Positions 1 through 11,724 of a stretch of 64,000 nt of DNA are shown here, piece after piece. The stretch is from contig NC_086108.1 in NCBI RefSeq assembly GCF_963921235.1, positions 77,626,001 to 77,690,000 on the forward strand. The letters are read 5' to 3'. The stretch comes from Mobula hypostoma (Eukaryota). The number at the start of each line of letters is the position of its first letter. The first letter of the stretch is position 1. Position numbers and translations under genes: made by a program. Under the pieces are notes generated by a model. That model ran no database searches and had not been told where the DNA came from. It saw nothing but the letters and a program-made list of their open reading frames with translations.

Positions 1-3000
1 AATTAAAAATTACATCTAGTAGATTCTTACCAGGACTTTTAGGAAATGTACATATTTGAGAGAGTAATAAGTCTCTTATTTGTAGGTATCGAAAAATGTG
101 AGTTTTGAGTAAGGTATATTTAACTGACAGATGCTCAAACGAAAGGAGACTTCCCTCCACAAACAACTCCTGTAAGCGTTTAATACCTAATCTATCCCAT
201 TCTTTAAAAGCCACATCTATCATAGAAGATTTTTTTTAAAATTAGAAAAAATGGGACTTGAAAGAGAGAATCTCAATAAGCCAAAGTATTTTTGGAATTG
301 TACCCAAATTCTCATAGTATGTTTAACTACCAAATTGTCAGTTAACTTACTCAGGGATAAGGGAGATGAGGATCCTAGAAGAGAAATAATAAAAAATATG
401 TTAACAGAGTTAGCTTCTAAAGAAACCCACATCGGACAATCCTCACGATTAATGTAATATAACCAAAATGTAGGATTACGTATATTACCTGCCCAATAAT
501 AAAACCTAAAGTTTGGTAAAACTAGCCCTCCATTCTTTTTAGCTTTCTGAAGATGAATTTTGTTTAGTCTAGAACGCTTTTTTTTCGTTATATAGGATGA
601 TATAATAGAATCAAGAGAATCAAAAAAAGATTTTGGGATAAAATAAGTTAATGTCTGAAAAAGATATATAAATTTAGGTAAAATATTCATTTTAATAGAA
701 TTAAATCGACCAATCAATGATAATGAAAGAGGCGACCAATTTGATAATATCCTTTTTACATAATTCAATAGGGTAAGAAATTTTTCTTTGAATAAGCACT
801 TTTAATTTTTAGTAATTGTTATACCTAAGTAAGCAAATAGGTTTCTTACAATTTTAAAAGGAAGGATGGAATTAGTTGATATCCAATTATTCAAAGGAAA
901 AAGTTCACTCTTATGTAAATTCAATTTATAACCTGAGAACTGGCTAAAACAGGAGAGTAAAGAAAGCGTATGGGATAATGAAGTCTCGACATTAGAAATA
1001 AAGAGCAATAGATCATCAGCATAAAGCAAAACTGTGTGGATAATGCCTTTCCTTAAAATACCAGTGATATCATTAGATTCTCGAAAGGCTATGGCTAAGG
1101 CTTCTGAAGTCAGATCAAAAAGCAAAGGAATCAATGGACAGCCTTGTCTGGTACCACATTGAAGCTTAAATGGTTTGGAGTTCTGAGAATTAGTGATAAC
1201 CCTAGCGGAGGGAGCTAAACAAAGTAATTTAATCCATTAAATGAAATCAGGTCCAAAATTGAATTTTTCTAAAATGTTAAATAAATAATTCCATTCAACT
1301 CTGTCAAAAGCCTTCTCAGCATCTAGGGATACCACACATCCCGATATCTCCTTAGAAGGAGAATAGATAACATTTAGTAAACGACGATTATTAAAATGAG
1401 AATATCGATTTTTGTTAAGTCTAGTCTGATTATCAGAAATGACAGATGGTAAAATATTTTCAATCCTATGGGCCAAAACTTTAGATAGAATCTTAGTATC
1501 AACATTAAGTAAAGAAATTGGTCTGTAGGAAGAGCATTCAATTGGATCCTTATTCTTTTTGAGGATAAGCGAAATGGAAGCCTCATAAAAAGATTGAGGC
1601 AGCCTGCCCAACTTAAATTAATCTGAAAAAAACAGAACATAAATGAGGTATAAGCAGTGAGGAAAAGGTCTTACAAAACTCTCCAGAAAATCCATCTGGA
1701 CCCAGAGCTTTCCTCGAGTGCAACAAGCGTACAGCCTCGACAATTTCCTGAAAAGGAATAGGTTGTACCAACTGCTTTCTGTTGTCAACAGAGATTGTGG
1801 GAATGTTAAATTGGTCTAAAAAATTGTTCATTACAGTGTTATCCTTAGGAGAGTCAGAGCTATAAAGTCCAGAATAAAATTCTCTAAAAGTATCATTTAT
1901 TTCTAAATGATCAATTGTCCTATCACCGTTAGTTTTACGTATTTCTTTAATCTGCGGTTTAGCTATAAAGGTTTTAATTTGATTAGCCAATAATTTACCT
2001 TTATCTTTTAGGAGTTGAGTTTCAATTGGATAAGTTAAAAGGAGATCATATTTAGTTTTAATTTCAACACGCTTTTTATATAAAGCAGAATCTGGAACCA
2101 AGGCATACTGTTCGTCTAATTGTTTCAACTGGTTAGCTAAATCACTTCTCTCTTTATTAGCTGTTTTCTTAATACTTGCAGTATAAGAAATAATTTGTCC
2201 TCTAGTATATGCCTTAAAGACTAGAAGTCTCCGCTAACATATTCTCTTCAAAAAAAAGAGTAATTTGTCTCTCCATAAACTTTATAAAATCTTTATCAGC
2301 TAACAAAGTTAGATTAAAACGTCAAAACCTGTTTGTTTGAAGAAGGCCAGGGAGATCTAAAGATAAAAGCACAGGATCATGATCTGAGACAACAATCTCT
2401 TTATATTCACAGGATCGAACTAATGGAATCATTTGGCTATCAACAAAAAAGTAATCAATCCTGGAATATGTATGATGAACATGAGAGAAAAACGAATATT
2501 CTCTGTCTACTGGATAAAAAAATGCCAAACATCAACAATACCACATTTCATTAGAACCATAGAACACTACAGCACAGAAACAGGCCTTTTGGCCCTTCTT
2601 GGCTGTGCTGAACCAGTTTTCTGCCTAGTCCCACTGACCTGCACCTGGACCACATCCCTCCATACACCTCCCATCCAAGTCCAAGTTTTTCTTAAATGTT
2701 AAAATTGAGCCCACATTTACCACTTCATCTGGCAGCTCATTCCACACTCCCACCACTCTCTGTGTGAAGAAGCCCCCTTTAATGTTCCCTTTAAACTTTT
2801 CCCTCTTCACCCTTAACCCAAGTCCTCTGTTTTTTTTCTCCCCTAGCCTCAGTGGAAAACACCTGCTTGCATTCATTCTACCCATATCCATAATAATTTT
2901 ATATACATCTATCAAATCTCCCCTCATTCTTCTATGCTCCAGGGAATAAAGTCCTAACCTATTCAACTTTTCTCTGTAACTCAGTTTCTTAAGTCCCGGC

Positions 3001-3806
3001 AACATCCTTGTAAACCTTCTCTGCACTCTTTCAAAGTTATTAATATCCTTCCTGTAATTTGGTGACCAAAACTGTACACAATGTTCCAAATTTGGCCTCA
3101 CCAATGCCTTATACAACCTCACCATAACATTCCAACTCTTATATACTCAATACTTTGATTAATAAAGGTCAATGTACCAAAAGCTTTCTTTACGACCCTA
3201 TCTACCTGTGACGCCACTTTTAGGGGATTTTGTATCTGTATTCCCAGATCCCTCTGTTCTACTGCACTCCTCAGTGCCCTACCATTTACCTAGAAAAGAT
3301 TTAACAAACACAGCTGATTTATTTGGTATCACTAGTTTAGAAGATGTACAATCTAAAGCTGGATCTAAACAACAATTAAAATCTCCTCCCATCACCAATG
3401 AGTACAGACTTGGATCTGGCAAAAATGAATAAAAACACTCAAAGAAGCCTGGGTTATCTATATTCGGAGCGTACACATTGGCAAATGCCATTAATTTGTT
3501 ATCTAGCTTCCCCGATACTATAACAAAATGCTCATTAGTATCAGAAATTACTTTATGTTGAACAAAGGAAACTTTATTATCTATAAGGATTGAAACCCCT
3601 CTGGCTTTGGTCTGAAACAGAGAATGGAAATGAAATCTTCTCCATCAATTAAAAAGGCATGAATTGTCACAATTACGTACATGAGTTTCTTGAAGAAAAA
3701 GAATTGGTACCTTAAGTTTTTTAATATAGGCAAAAATCTTATTTCTTTTCACAGGGTGATTTAGCCCTTTCACATTAAAATTAAGTAAATTAATACTTTG
3801 ATCCAT
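1..3806 (-). pseudogene. L1 ORF2p (APE endonuclease + reverse transcriptase), multiple stops/frameshifts
   Basis: Track ORFs 3645-3866, 3279-3491, 2322-2528, 1613-2128, 1237-1611, 802-1134, 220-768 are consecutive pieces; starts MDQSINLLNFNVKGLN. Confidence 0.92.
2557..3290 (-). mobile_element. 5'-truncated CR1 LINE inserted in the L1 endonuclease domain
   Basis: LYKALVRPNLEHCVQFWSP..ERVQRRFTRMLPGL..RRMRGDLI..FFTQRVVGVWNELP; TAGAA duplicated at 2552-2556 and 3291-3295; excision restores L1 frame VKSFLMKCG. Confidence 0.95.
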
Positions 3807-4199
3807 TTTTAAACTATTTATAAGAAAGGTTAATGTAACAATCAAAGGAATGTATATTAAACCCAAATGATAAACCTTGAGATATGGTAACTAGGCAACA
3901 GGGTTGACAAAATTTCCAAATCAGCTTCAAGAATAAAGAACTCCCCATCCCCCTCCCTCCTCCCAAAGAGAGAAAATCGGCCAAAAAGCAGCCGACACCT
4001 ACCCTCACTAATATCATTCCCCCAGAAAAGCCTGCTGGGACTGCTCCAAAAAATTCAAGGTTGATTACTGTTCCAACCAAGACAAAGCAAAATGCAGTAA
4101 AAAAAAAATAAGCTTATACAGTTTTACCAAACAAAAGAAGCGATTATTTATACTGAAAAATATTAAAGTTATATTTCTAAGTCTAAAAATTTCAGAGCC

Positions 4200-4944
4200 T
4201 CTTCATTCATAAGAAACCATTTCTTTGAGCCATCTTGCATTGTAATTCTCAGCCAAGCCGAATAGCGAAGAAAAAGTTGAAGTTTTTGCTATAAAGTTCC
4301 GCCGTAACTTTTTAAAACTTAGCACGTTCTTCCATAACATCTGATGAGAAATCTTCAACAATACAAATCTTCTGACCCTTGTAGTCAATCATACTTTTAT
4401 GACGGGATTCACAAATCAAAAGATCCTTTATTTGAAATTCATGAAAGCTTATAATGACCTATCTTGGTCTTGATTCTGAAGTCGATCTATAAATAGGCGA
4501 TCTGTGAACACGATCAATCAAAGATAAAGACTGTATAATATCAGGAAATAATTCCATCAGAAGGTTTGCAAAGAATTCCTTAGGATTATCTCCTTCTGTT
4601 AACTCTTTAAGTCCCAAAATTCGTAAGTTGTTTCTCCTACTTCTATTTTACAAATCAATAATCTTCTCTCTCAGTTTTCCATTAGACCTGGATTGTTTTT
4701 CATACAGCTTTTGCAGATAATCAGTTTTCTTACTCAGTATCGTTATAATCTCTTCATGCTTGAGTAAAGTTTCTTGAATAACATCCAGTTTTGTACCTAT
4801 TTGTTTAACTTCAAAGCTGATTTGTTGTGAATCAGCCAACACTTCTTTTCTGAACTGATGAAACTCCTCGGTAAGTTTTTGCGAGCCTGTAGAAAGCTTT
4901 TGAAGCAAGCCCATAATAGATTCTAAAGCTGTTTTGGTAGCCAT
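4200..4944 (-). pseudogene. L1 ORF1p (coiled coil + RRM-like region), frameshifted
   Basis: ATG at 4944 (MATKTALESIM...), heptad-rich segment, then RRNNLRILGLKE and IDRVHRS..RPR in shifted frames. Confidence 0.8.
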
Positions 4945-5194
4945 AGTAAGATAATAACACATTTAACAGTAATATTTCAAAAGGTTGGAAACAAAAAAGG
5001 AAGTAAACTAGGAGCACTGGGAAAGACCTGTTACTCCATCAGCGACCAGCAGACAAGTCTGAGTTCATTGTCAAAGTCAAGATTATTGTCATATGCACAA
5101 GTACATGTATGCTGGGTGGAATGGTAATCTTACATACAGCAGTACCACAGGCACGCAGACAGCAGGCACAATGTAAACATAAATATAAACTATT

Positions 5195-5447
5195 TCCATT
5201 TCTGATACCTTGCTCTCTTTCTCGATCTTGCTGCCTCCAACTCTAGAGACAAACTGTCTACCAATATCTTTTATATACCTATCAACTCTCATGGTTATCT
5301 TGACTACACCTTTTCTCACCCAGTCCCCTATAAAAATGTCATTCCATTCTCTCATAACCTTCATCTCCACTGCAACCGTTCTCGGGATGAGATTTTCATC
5401 TCCAAGACATCAGAGATATCCTCCTTCAAATAACAGGGTTTCCTTTC
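5195..5447 (+). mobile_element. Penelope-like element, RT C-terminal fragment (continues at ~8350)
   Basis: LSFLDL..STNIFY..NSHGYLDYTFSHP..KNVIPFS, typical of the PLE RT thumb region. Confidence 0.8.
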
Positions 5448-5647
5448 TGTAATGTTTTGTAACTTCAAAACCTTAAATTAATTCAAAGGAAGACATGGTG
5501 AGTCCAAAATATGGGTCTGACTTTGTCTTTTACATTAAGCGAGGTGCACCCTTTTCATGTGGTAGTGTGATAATGTATGCAATTAATGTACTTATACATA
5601 TAACCCGTAATGAAATATTTAAATGAACACAAATGCTGAATCAAACT

Positions 5648-5677
5648 CTATATATATATATATATACACACACACAC
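5648..5677. repeat. Compound (TA)n(CA)n microsatellite
   Basis: Directly visible. Confidence 0.9.
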
Positions 5678-6080
5678 ATCTTGCTGTTTAACTATAAACT
5701 CCAACTCAATAAAGAATGCAACTCAACAATATACACAGTATACTATATGCTGTAACTACTATATACAGACATCCACAGCATAGTAAATTATAATTTGTCC
5801 ATTCAGGCCTAAATATTTAATTGCTGTGGAGGATTTTTTATTCCTGTGGGATAATGTCTTTGCTGACAAGGGAGATCAATCCACTTGTGGCTGTGAAGCA
5901 ATCTCAGGTTCTGGGACCTCTTCTGTGGTGGTTGCAGGTGTTGAGTCTGAGACTGCAGGAAGTGGTTCTGACAGCAGTAGCCACATTTATTCTAGTTTAT
6001 ACATCTTGATCTTGGGAAAGTGTATTTAGTTCACTGGAGTATTGCTCCTTTTACAATCTGATCCTTCCTTTTGGTTTCTT

Positions 6081-6200
6081 CATCGACAACACCATCTGAT
6101 GAATCTCACTCTTCCTTCAGTTAGTCCTGTCGAAGGGTCTCATCGACAACACCATCTGATGAATCTCACTCTTCCTTCAGTTAGTCCTGACGAAGGGTCT
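6081..6200 (+). repeat. 60-bp tandem duplication (2 copies, 1 mismatch) spanning the 5' junction of a Penelope-derived insert
   Basis: 6081-6140 equals 6141-6200 except ctgtcga/ctgacga. Confidence 0.95.
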
Positions 6201-6315
6201 CAGCCTGAAACGTCGACTGCACCTCCTCCTACAGATGCTGCTTGGCCTGCTGCGTTCACCAGCAACTTTGATGTGTGTTGCTTGAATTTCCAGCATCTGC
6301 AGAATTCCTGTTGTT
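6166..6315 (+). mobile_element. Short Penelope-derived (pLTR/3' end) insert with hammerhead motif
   Basis: Similar to PLE 3' end at 9455-9590; TGATGAATC flanks at 6157-6165 and 6316-6324. Confidence 0.85.
6183..6218 (+). ncRNA. Minimal type I hammerhead ribozyme motif (intact core)
   Basis: agtc CTGACGA agggtctcagcct GAAA c GTC gact: stem I agtc/gact, CUGANGA, stem II hairpin, GAAA, palindromic ACGU in place of stem III, GUC cleavage triplet. Confidence 0.75.
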
Positions 6316-7199
6316 TGATGAATCCTTTGTTTTTGTACCTCCATTGACTCCTTTCTTTTTCACCTTCCAATCATCCAGCTGGGCTTTGGTCCTGGATCTA
6401 TTTTCCAAGCAGTCTTTTGTCTCCCATTTCAAGTTCATGCTATAACCTTACTGCACACAGAATAGATTCTGGTTCTTATACTCAGAAAAGCTGAATGCTT
6501 GCAACTTTCTTGAAGCTCTTTAACTCTCATCCAGCTTAAAACCAAACCGCATTTCACAAATAACTGCCTGATTAACATACCAGAATGTTCTCATATATGT
6601 TGCCTCCAAATACTGTTGTAGTTAGACCAGCATTTTCATCACTTTCATGATTCCTCTGAGCAGCATTGTTCTTCTTTGGTCCAATATGCTTTCCAACCAA
6701 AGCCACAGATGTTGGCACCAACATCTGTTTGTCCTCTGTTGGGCAACAGTTCATGGTGTTCAGCATGGATTAATTTGCTTTCAGTTGGCTTCATTGTGGA
6801 GGATGTGGCATGCATGTGGTGGATGGAGTTAAAGTTGTAGTTGCCTCAGCCAATCACATTCCCTCAATGCTTGTCCTCCTGTTTTTACCACAAGTTCAAT
6901 GTGGCTTGTTAGTTGCTGTATTTCATTCTTGTGAATGTATTCCCACAGGAGTTATCTTTTCTCCAATATAAGTTCTTAGTTGGATATCTGCAGGCTTTAG
7001 TTGGGTATCTTTAAAATGTCCACCATCCAATTCCATTTGAATTAATTTGACATTCACTTCTGGCATAAGCCCCATTGCTTGTCTACTGTTAAGTTTCACA
7101 CTGTAAACCTCAAGGCTACACAATTCTGTGTCACTCTCATCATTATCAAATTTTTCCATCAACATCATGCAGATTAGTGCTCCTTTTGAAACTGCAACC

Positions 7200-7945
7200 T
7201 GACTTTCTAGTATTTTCTCTTCCCTGTGTGGACCATTTATTTTTGTCTACCGATATACTCTTTGTATGTGTCCTACTTTGTTGCATTTTCTGCAAATTTC
7301 ACCTTTAAATCTGCATTTATTTGAGTGCACGTGAGTCCCTGCCACAATGGTAACATAATTTGTTTGGCCAGGCTGGTTTCTGTTTAGACGCTGCAATTTT
7401 ATTTACACTCACTTTCATTTCTGACTGCAACTCAATCGCATCTCTGTCTGCAGTTTCCGTTGAAACAGCTGTTTCCACTGCTCTTTTAAATGTGAGTTGC
7501 GCTTCTGTCAGGAGCTGTTTTTGAATGTTTTCTTTTAAGATTCCACAAGCCAAATGATCTCTTAATGTATCATTAAGCCAATTACTGAACTGACAATGCT
7601 TAGCCAATCTCTTCAATTCAGCCACTTACCCTGAAATGGGTTCCTTTTCCTTCTGATTCCGCTAATGAAACCTAAAGCCTTCTGTAATTAACAATAGCCT
7701 TGGTTCTAAGTATTCCAACATCACTTTTACAATATCTGCAAAGATAATTTCTGATGGTTTGGTTGGAACAGTCAAACTTCGAAGCAAACTGTATGCCTTT
7801 AAATCCAATGTGCATAGCCAAATTGGCATTTTCTTCTCATGAGTTATTTCATTTGCTTCAAATTACTGTTCCAATAGCTCAATATATATGAGCCAATTAC
7901 CCATTATGTAATCAAACTCATCAATCTTTCCGATGTAGTCAGCAA
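7200..7945 (-). pseudogene. Gypsy gag (capsid + CCHC zinc knuckles), disrupted
   Basis: ORF 7317-7625 plus flanking frames with stops and frameshifts. Confidence 0.8.
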
Positions 7946-8478
7946 TGTAGTCTGCTCTTTTTTAAATGATTATAATCACTCACTCTTTATGAAACTTGAG
8001 TTCTTCCATATACAGCATTTTTTTTCAAACTCAATGTCTCTCCATGTGCTGGGCTGGTTCTTCAACATTTGATCATTGTTCTCACTGTTCCTTTTTCAGT
8101 TCAAATGTCTCCTTGCTTTTAGCAGGTTGGTAGTCATCTCGGGTTCGTCTTAAAATGCCTCTACTGGTCTGACTTCGTCTTTTACTTTAAGTGAGGCATG
8201 CACGTATGAAGTGCTAGCATGATAACGTATGCAATTAGCATATTTATACGTCTAAACCATAACAAATTATTTTGACAAACAAGAATTCTTAATCAAACAA
8301 TATTTCTGCAAGATGTCTCAGATATTACTGAAATATTAAATACCCAATACCTTCCTACACCATTGATGCTGTCATCACCTGCATCTCCATTTTTGGACAT
8401 CCGCCTTCACCCCATCTTCCAACCATCTTAACAACTTCCTTTTGTCCTCACCTACCACCCCATGAGCCTCCACATCCA

Positions 8479-8595
8479 AGGGCCTCTGCCCCTTCCCTCT
8501 ACAGTCCTGACGAAGGGTTCTGGCCTGAAACGTCGACCGATCTTTTTCACGGATGCTGCCCAACCTACTGAGTTCCTCCAGCGTGTTGTGAGTGT
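8479..8595 (+). mobile_element. 117-bp hammerhead-bearing mini-insert within the Penelope ORF
   Basis: Perfect 14-bp flanking duplication AGCCTCCACATCCA at 8465-8478 and 8596-8609. Confidence 0.88.
8502..8539 (+). ncRNA. Minimal type I hammerhead ribozyme motif (intact core)
   Basis: cagtc CTGACGA agggttctggcct GAAA c GTC gaccg. Confidence 0.72.
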
Positions 8596-10469
8596 AGCCT
8601 CCACATCCAGTACATCATTTCCTGCAATATCTGCCATCTTCAACAGGACTCTACACCAAACACATCTTTACCTCCCCTCCACTCCCCACTCTCCTCAAGA
8701 TTTGTTCCCTCCATGATTCCCTAGTCCATTTGTCCCTCACCTCAAATCTCCCTCCTGGCACTTATCCCTGTAAGCAGCCAAAGTGCTATACTTGCCCATT
8801 CAGCTCCTCCCTCACCTTCATTCAAATCCCCAGACAGTCCTTCCAAGAGAGACAACATTTCACCTGCAAAGCTATTGGGCATCTACTGTACCCAGTGCTC
8901 CAGATGTGGCTCCTCATCTTTGGTGAGACTTGATGTAGATTAGAATAACACGTTGTCAAACACCTATGCTCTGCCTGCAAAATGCAGGATTTCCCAATAG
9001 CTAACCATTTTAATTCCAATCCCCATTCCTGTTCAGACATGTCAGTCCCTGGCCTCCTCTACTGCCACAATGAGGCCACTCTCAGGTTGAAGGAGCAACA
9101 TCTCATATTCCATCTGAGTAGCCTCCAACCTGATGGCATGAACATTGATTTCTCCAACTTGCAGTAATTTCCCCCCTTCTCCCCTCCACTCTTTTTTCAA
9201 TTCCACACTCTGGGCCCTCTCTTACCTTTTCTCTTCTCCTCGCCTGCCTATCACTTCCCCCTGGTGTCCTTCCTTTTTCCCTTTCTCTCCTAGTCCATTC
9301 TCCTCTCCCATCAGACTCTTTTCCAGTCCTTTACCTTCTCTACCTATCATCTTCTAATTTCTTACTTCATCCCCAATCCCCCTCCCACCTGGCTTCACCT
9401 ATCACCTTCTAGCCCGTATGCTTTCCTCTCCCCCCTCCTACTCCCTACTTCCTTTCCAATCCTGATAAAACATCTCTACCCAAAACATAGACTGTTTATT
9501 CATTTCCATAGATGCTGCCTGACCTGCTGAGTTCCTCCAGCATTTTGTGTGTGTTGCTCTGGATTTCCAGCATCTGCAGAATCTCTTGTATTTAAATGTA
9601 AATTATACCCAGTTCTTACAAGAAAGAACAGGATTAGAACAAAAAAGCCCATTTTAATGCCAAGTGATTATAATGTTGCTAAACTGTAGCGTTTAGGGTT
9701 TTGCCCAATATGAAATACTAACATTTCTCTTTCCAAAATAACTTGAATTTATATAGTGGAAATATGGAATATAGTGAAAATTTATAATATGGAAAAATTC
9801 CGAAGGAACTTGTATAAATTGTTTTAGGGGTGATTTAATAGTTTGGTAAAAGTGATGGGCTTAAGGAAGATCTTGCTTGAAGGTAGGAGTTAGAGAGGGA
9901 AATATTGAAGCATTAAGCTTAGAAACTGATATTTCTACAAGCAATGAAGTTATGGAAAATGCATAAAAGCTCATGATCAGAGGCACACAAAGGATTGAGT
10001 TCTTGTAGGATTTTAGAGATGAAAGATGTTTCAAAGATCAAGCGAGGCAAATATATGAAAGGATTTAATCAAGAAATTAGCTGTAACAGTCTTGATGTTG
10101 GATATTAAATTGTCATCTGAATTGTAGATGTTAAAGTGTATAGGACAGGGATCCTGGGGTGCTAGCAAGAAGAGCTGTGGAATAATGAAGTCTAGTGACA
10201 AACATATAGATAAGAGTTTCAACAGCATGTAGACTGAGACAGTGATGGTGGATATTCTGCAAATATCTTTGCTTAACTGTTGCTTGATATTAGCCTATGG
10301 TACACTAGAAAGTGAGCCAGTAATAATCTTCAATGTGCAGCTGAAGTACCAGAATATCATAAATGAATACTATTGTTGTAACACTATGCATTACTTTAGC
10401 ATTCAGATCACAACCTAACTCTGATGAAAGGTGGACATTTGCACAGGTATTTAATGAAAGTGTTCGAGC

Positions 10470-11428
10470 TGCTGCTTCATGACTGTACAGCCAGATTCAG
10501 CTCAAACCACACAAAGTTCACCGATGATTGGCCTCATCAGCAACAACGACGAGTCAGCGTACAGGGAGGAGGTAGAGAGGCTTGTCAAGTGGTGTAAGAA
10601 TAACAACCTGAATCCTAATGTGGACAAGACAAAAGAGATGATTGTGAACTTCAGGAAGGCACAGGCCGACCACTTTCTATTGCATATCAGTGGGTCTGCA
10701 TGGAGAGAGTGGAGAGCACAGAGCTCCTTGGTGTGCACGTATCTAACCTGGACCCACAGCACTGCCTCAGTAATCAAGAAGGCACAGCAGTGTTTACACT
10801 TGCTGAGGAGATTGAGGTGTGCAAGGCTCTCTGCCCCCACTCTAACAACTTTCTACAGGAGCACAGTCGAGAGTGTCCTGTTTGGCTGCATTATTGTGCG
10901 GTATGGAAACTGTAAGGCATCGGATTGCAAAACTCTACAGAGGATTGTTAAAACCGCCAAGACGATCACTAGGGTCTCCACCCCCCCTGTCCCTGCAACT
11001 ATTTGTGACATTTACCAGGAATGTTGCAGACAAAGGGCCCAAAGCATTCTTGAGGGTCTCTACCACCCACCTCACAATCTCTTTGACTCACTACCATCAG
11101 GAAGGAGGTACAGAAGCATCAGGACTCGGACTGCCAGACTGGGTAACAGCTTCTTCCCCCAGGCTGTGAGACTAATGAATACCCTTCCATCACTGAGGTC
11201 TCATCACTAGGACTGCGAGCTGTTTACTGTTTATCTGTGCTGTGTTTTACTACATGTGTTTTGAATTATAATTTGTTAACTTATTTATAGAATAATATTT
11301 TGGTTTATGAGCTGTGTGTGAAATATGTTGTGTAGATGTACCATGGTCCAGAGGAACATTGTTTCATTTGCTTGTATATATAGTAGGTACAGTCAGCAAA
11401 CATCAAACCTGAACTTGAACTTGAACTT
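10470..11428 (+). mobile_element. Rex1/Babar LINE 3' portion
   Basis: GLISNNDESAYREEV..NVDKTKEMIVNFRK..FYRSTVESVL..LPSGRRYRSIRTRTARLGNSFFPQAVRL; tail (CTTGAA)n at ~11405-11428. Confidence 0.92.
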
Positions 11429-11724
11429 AATCTTCAATGCATTTCCAGTGAAGACCAGCGTTCTGGTCTGAAATCGGATACTCTTCACATTCCTTTTGAA
11501 AGCCGGTTAATATTTTTGTGAACAAGTAAATGGGAATGTTGAAGATAGTGAGGAATTGTTTGCACCGTAGTGCAGTCAGATAATTTCAGTGTGTTGTTAA
11601 TGTTCCCTTTCTGCTGTAAGAAGTTTGGGAAGGGGTGTTGCGCTTGTTAGAACTTGGATGCCAGGAACCCAGTAGGAATGCTGGCTGCTTGAATTTTTGC
11701 ACAATGTATTTTTTGTTTCAGTTA

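Larger units (their letters stand above)
1..5060 (-). mobile_element. L1-clade LINE, near full length (short 5' UTR, ORF1, inter-ORF spacer, ORF2 EN-RT), decayed, 3' part runs off the window start; interrupted by a CR1 at 2557-3290
   Basis: Collinear minus-strand fragments: ORF1 coiled coil then LRILGLKE; APE endonuclease NVKGLN..LQETH, NVYAPN, GGDFN, SRIDYF, SDH; RT YRPISLLNVDTKIL, SLDAEKAFDRVEW, LYADD, YLGI; KKNGGLVLPNFRFYYWA. Confidence 0.95.
5448..8349 (-). mobile_element. Gypsy/Ty3-type LTR retrotransposon, internally deleted and decayed, inserted in the Penelope element
   Basis: Diverged direct repeats 5514-5646 and 8166-8297; begins TGTAA at 5448; gag (ADYIGKIDEFDY; AELKRLAKHCQFSNWLNDTLRDHLACG; zinc knuckles CYHCG, CRKCNKVGH), protease remnant, integrase-tail motif RHYPTGIKNPPQQLNI* near 5815-5860. 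Confidence 0.85.
8350..9590 (+). mobile_element. Penelope-like element 3' half: linker, GIY-YIG endonuclease, pyrimidine-rich 3' UTR, pLTR with degenerate hammerhead
   Basis: GTYPCKQPKCYTCP..QHFTC..IFGET; PIANHFN..EQHLIFHLSSLQPDGMNIDFSN; 3' end gatgctgcctgacctgctgagttcctccagc...ccagcatctgcag. Confidence 0.9.

Noticed and set aside
10418..10432. Lone CTGATGA as a hammerhead
   Set aside because: No stem II or GAAA-NUH downstream
10479..11210. 243-aa ORF as an intact or domesticated gene
   Set aside because: Truncated Rex1 C-terminus with an internal frameshifted stretch (AWREWRAQSSLVCTY) and normal LINE tail
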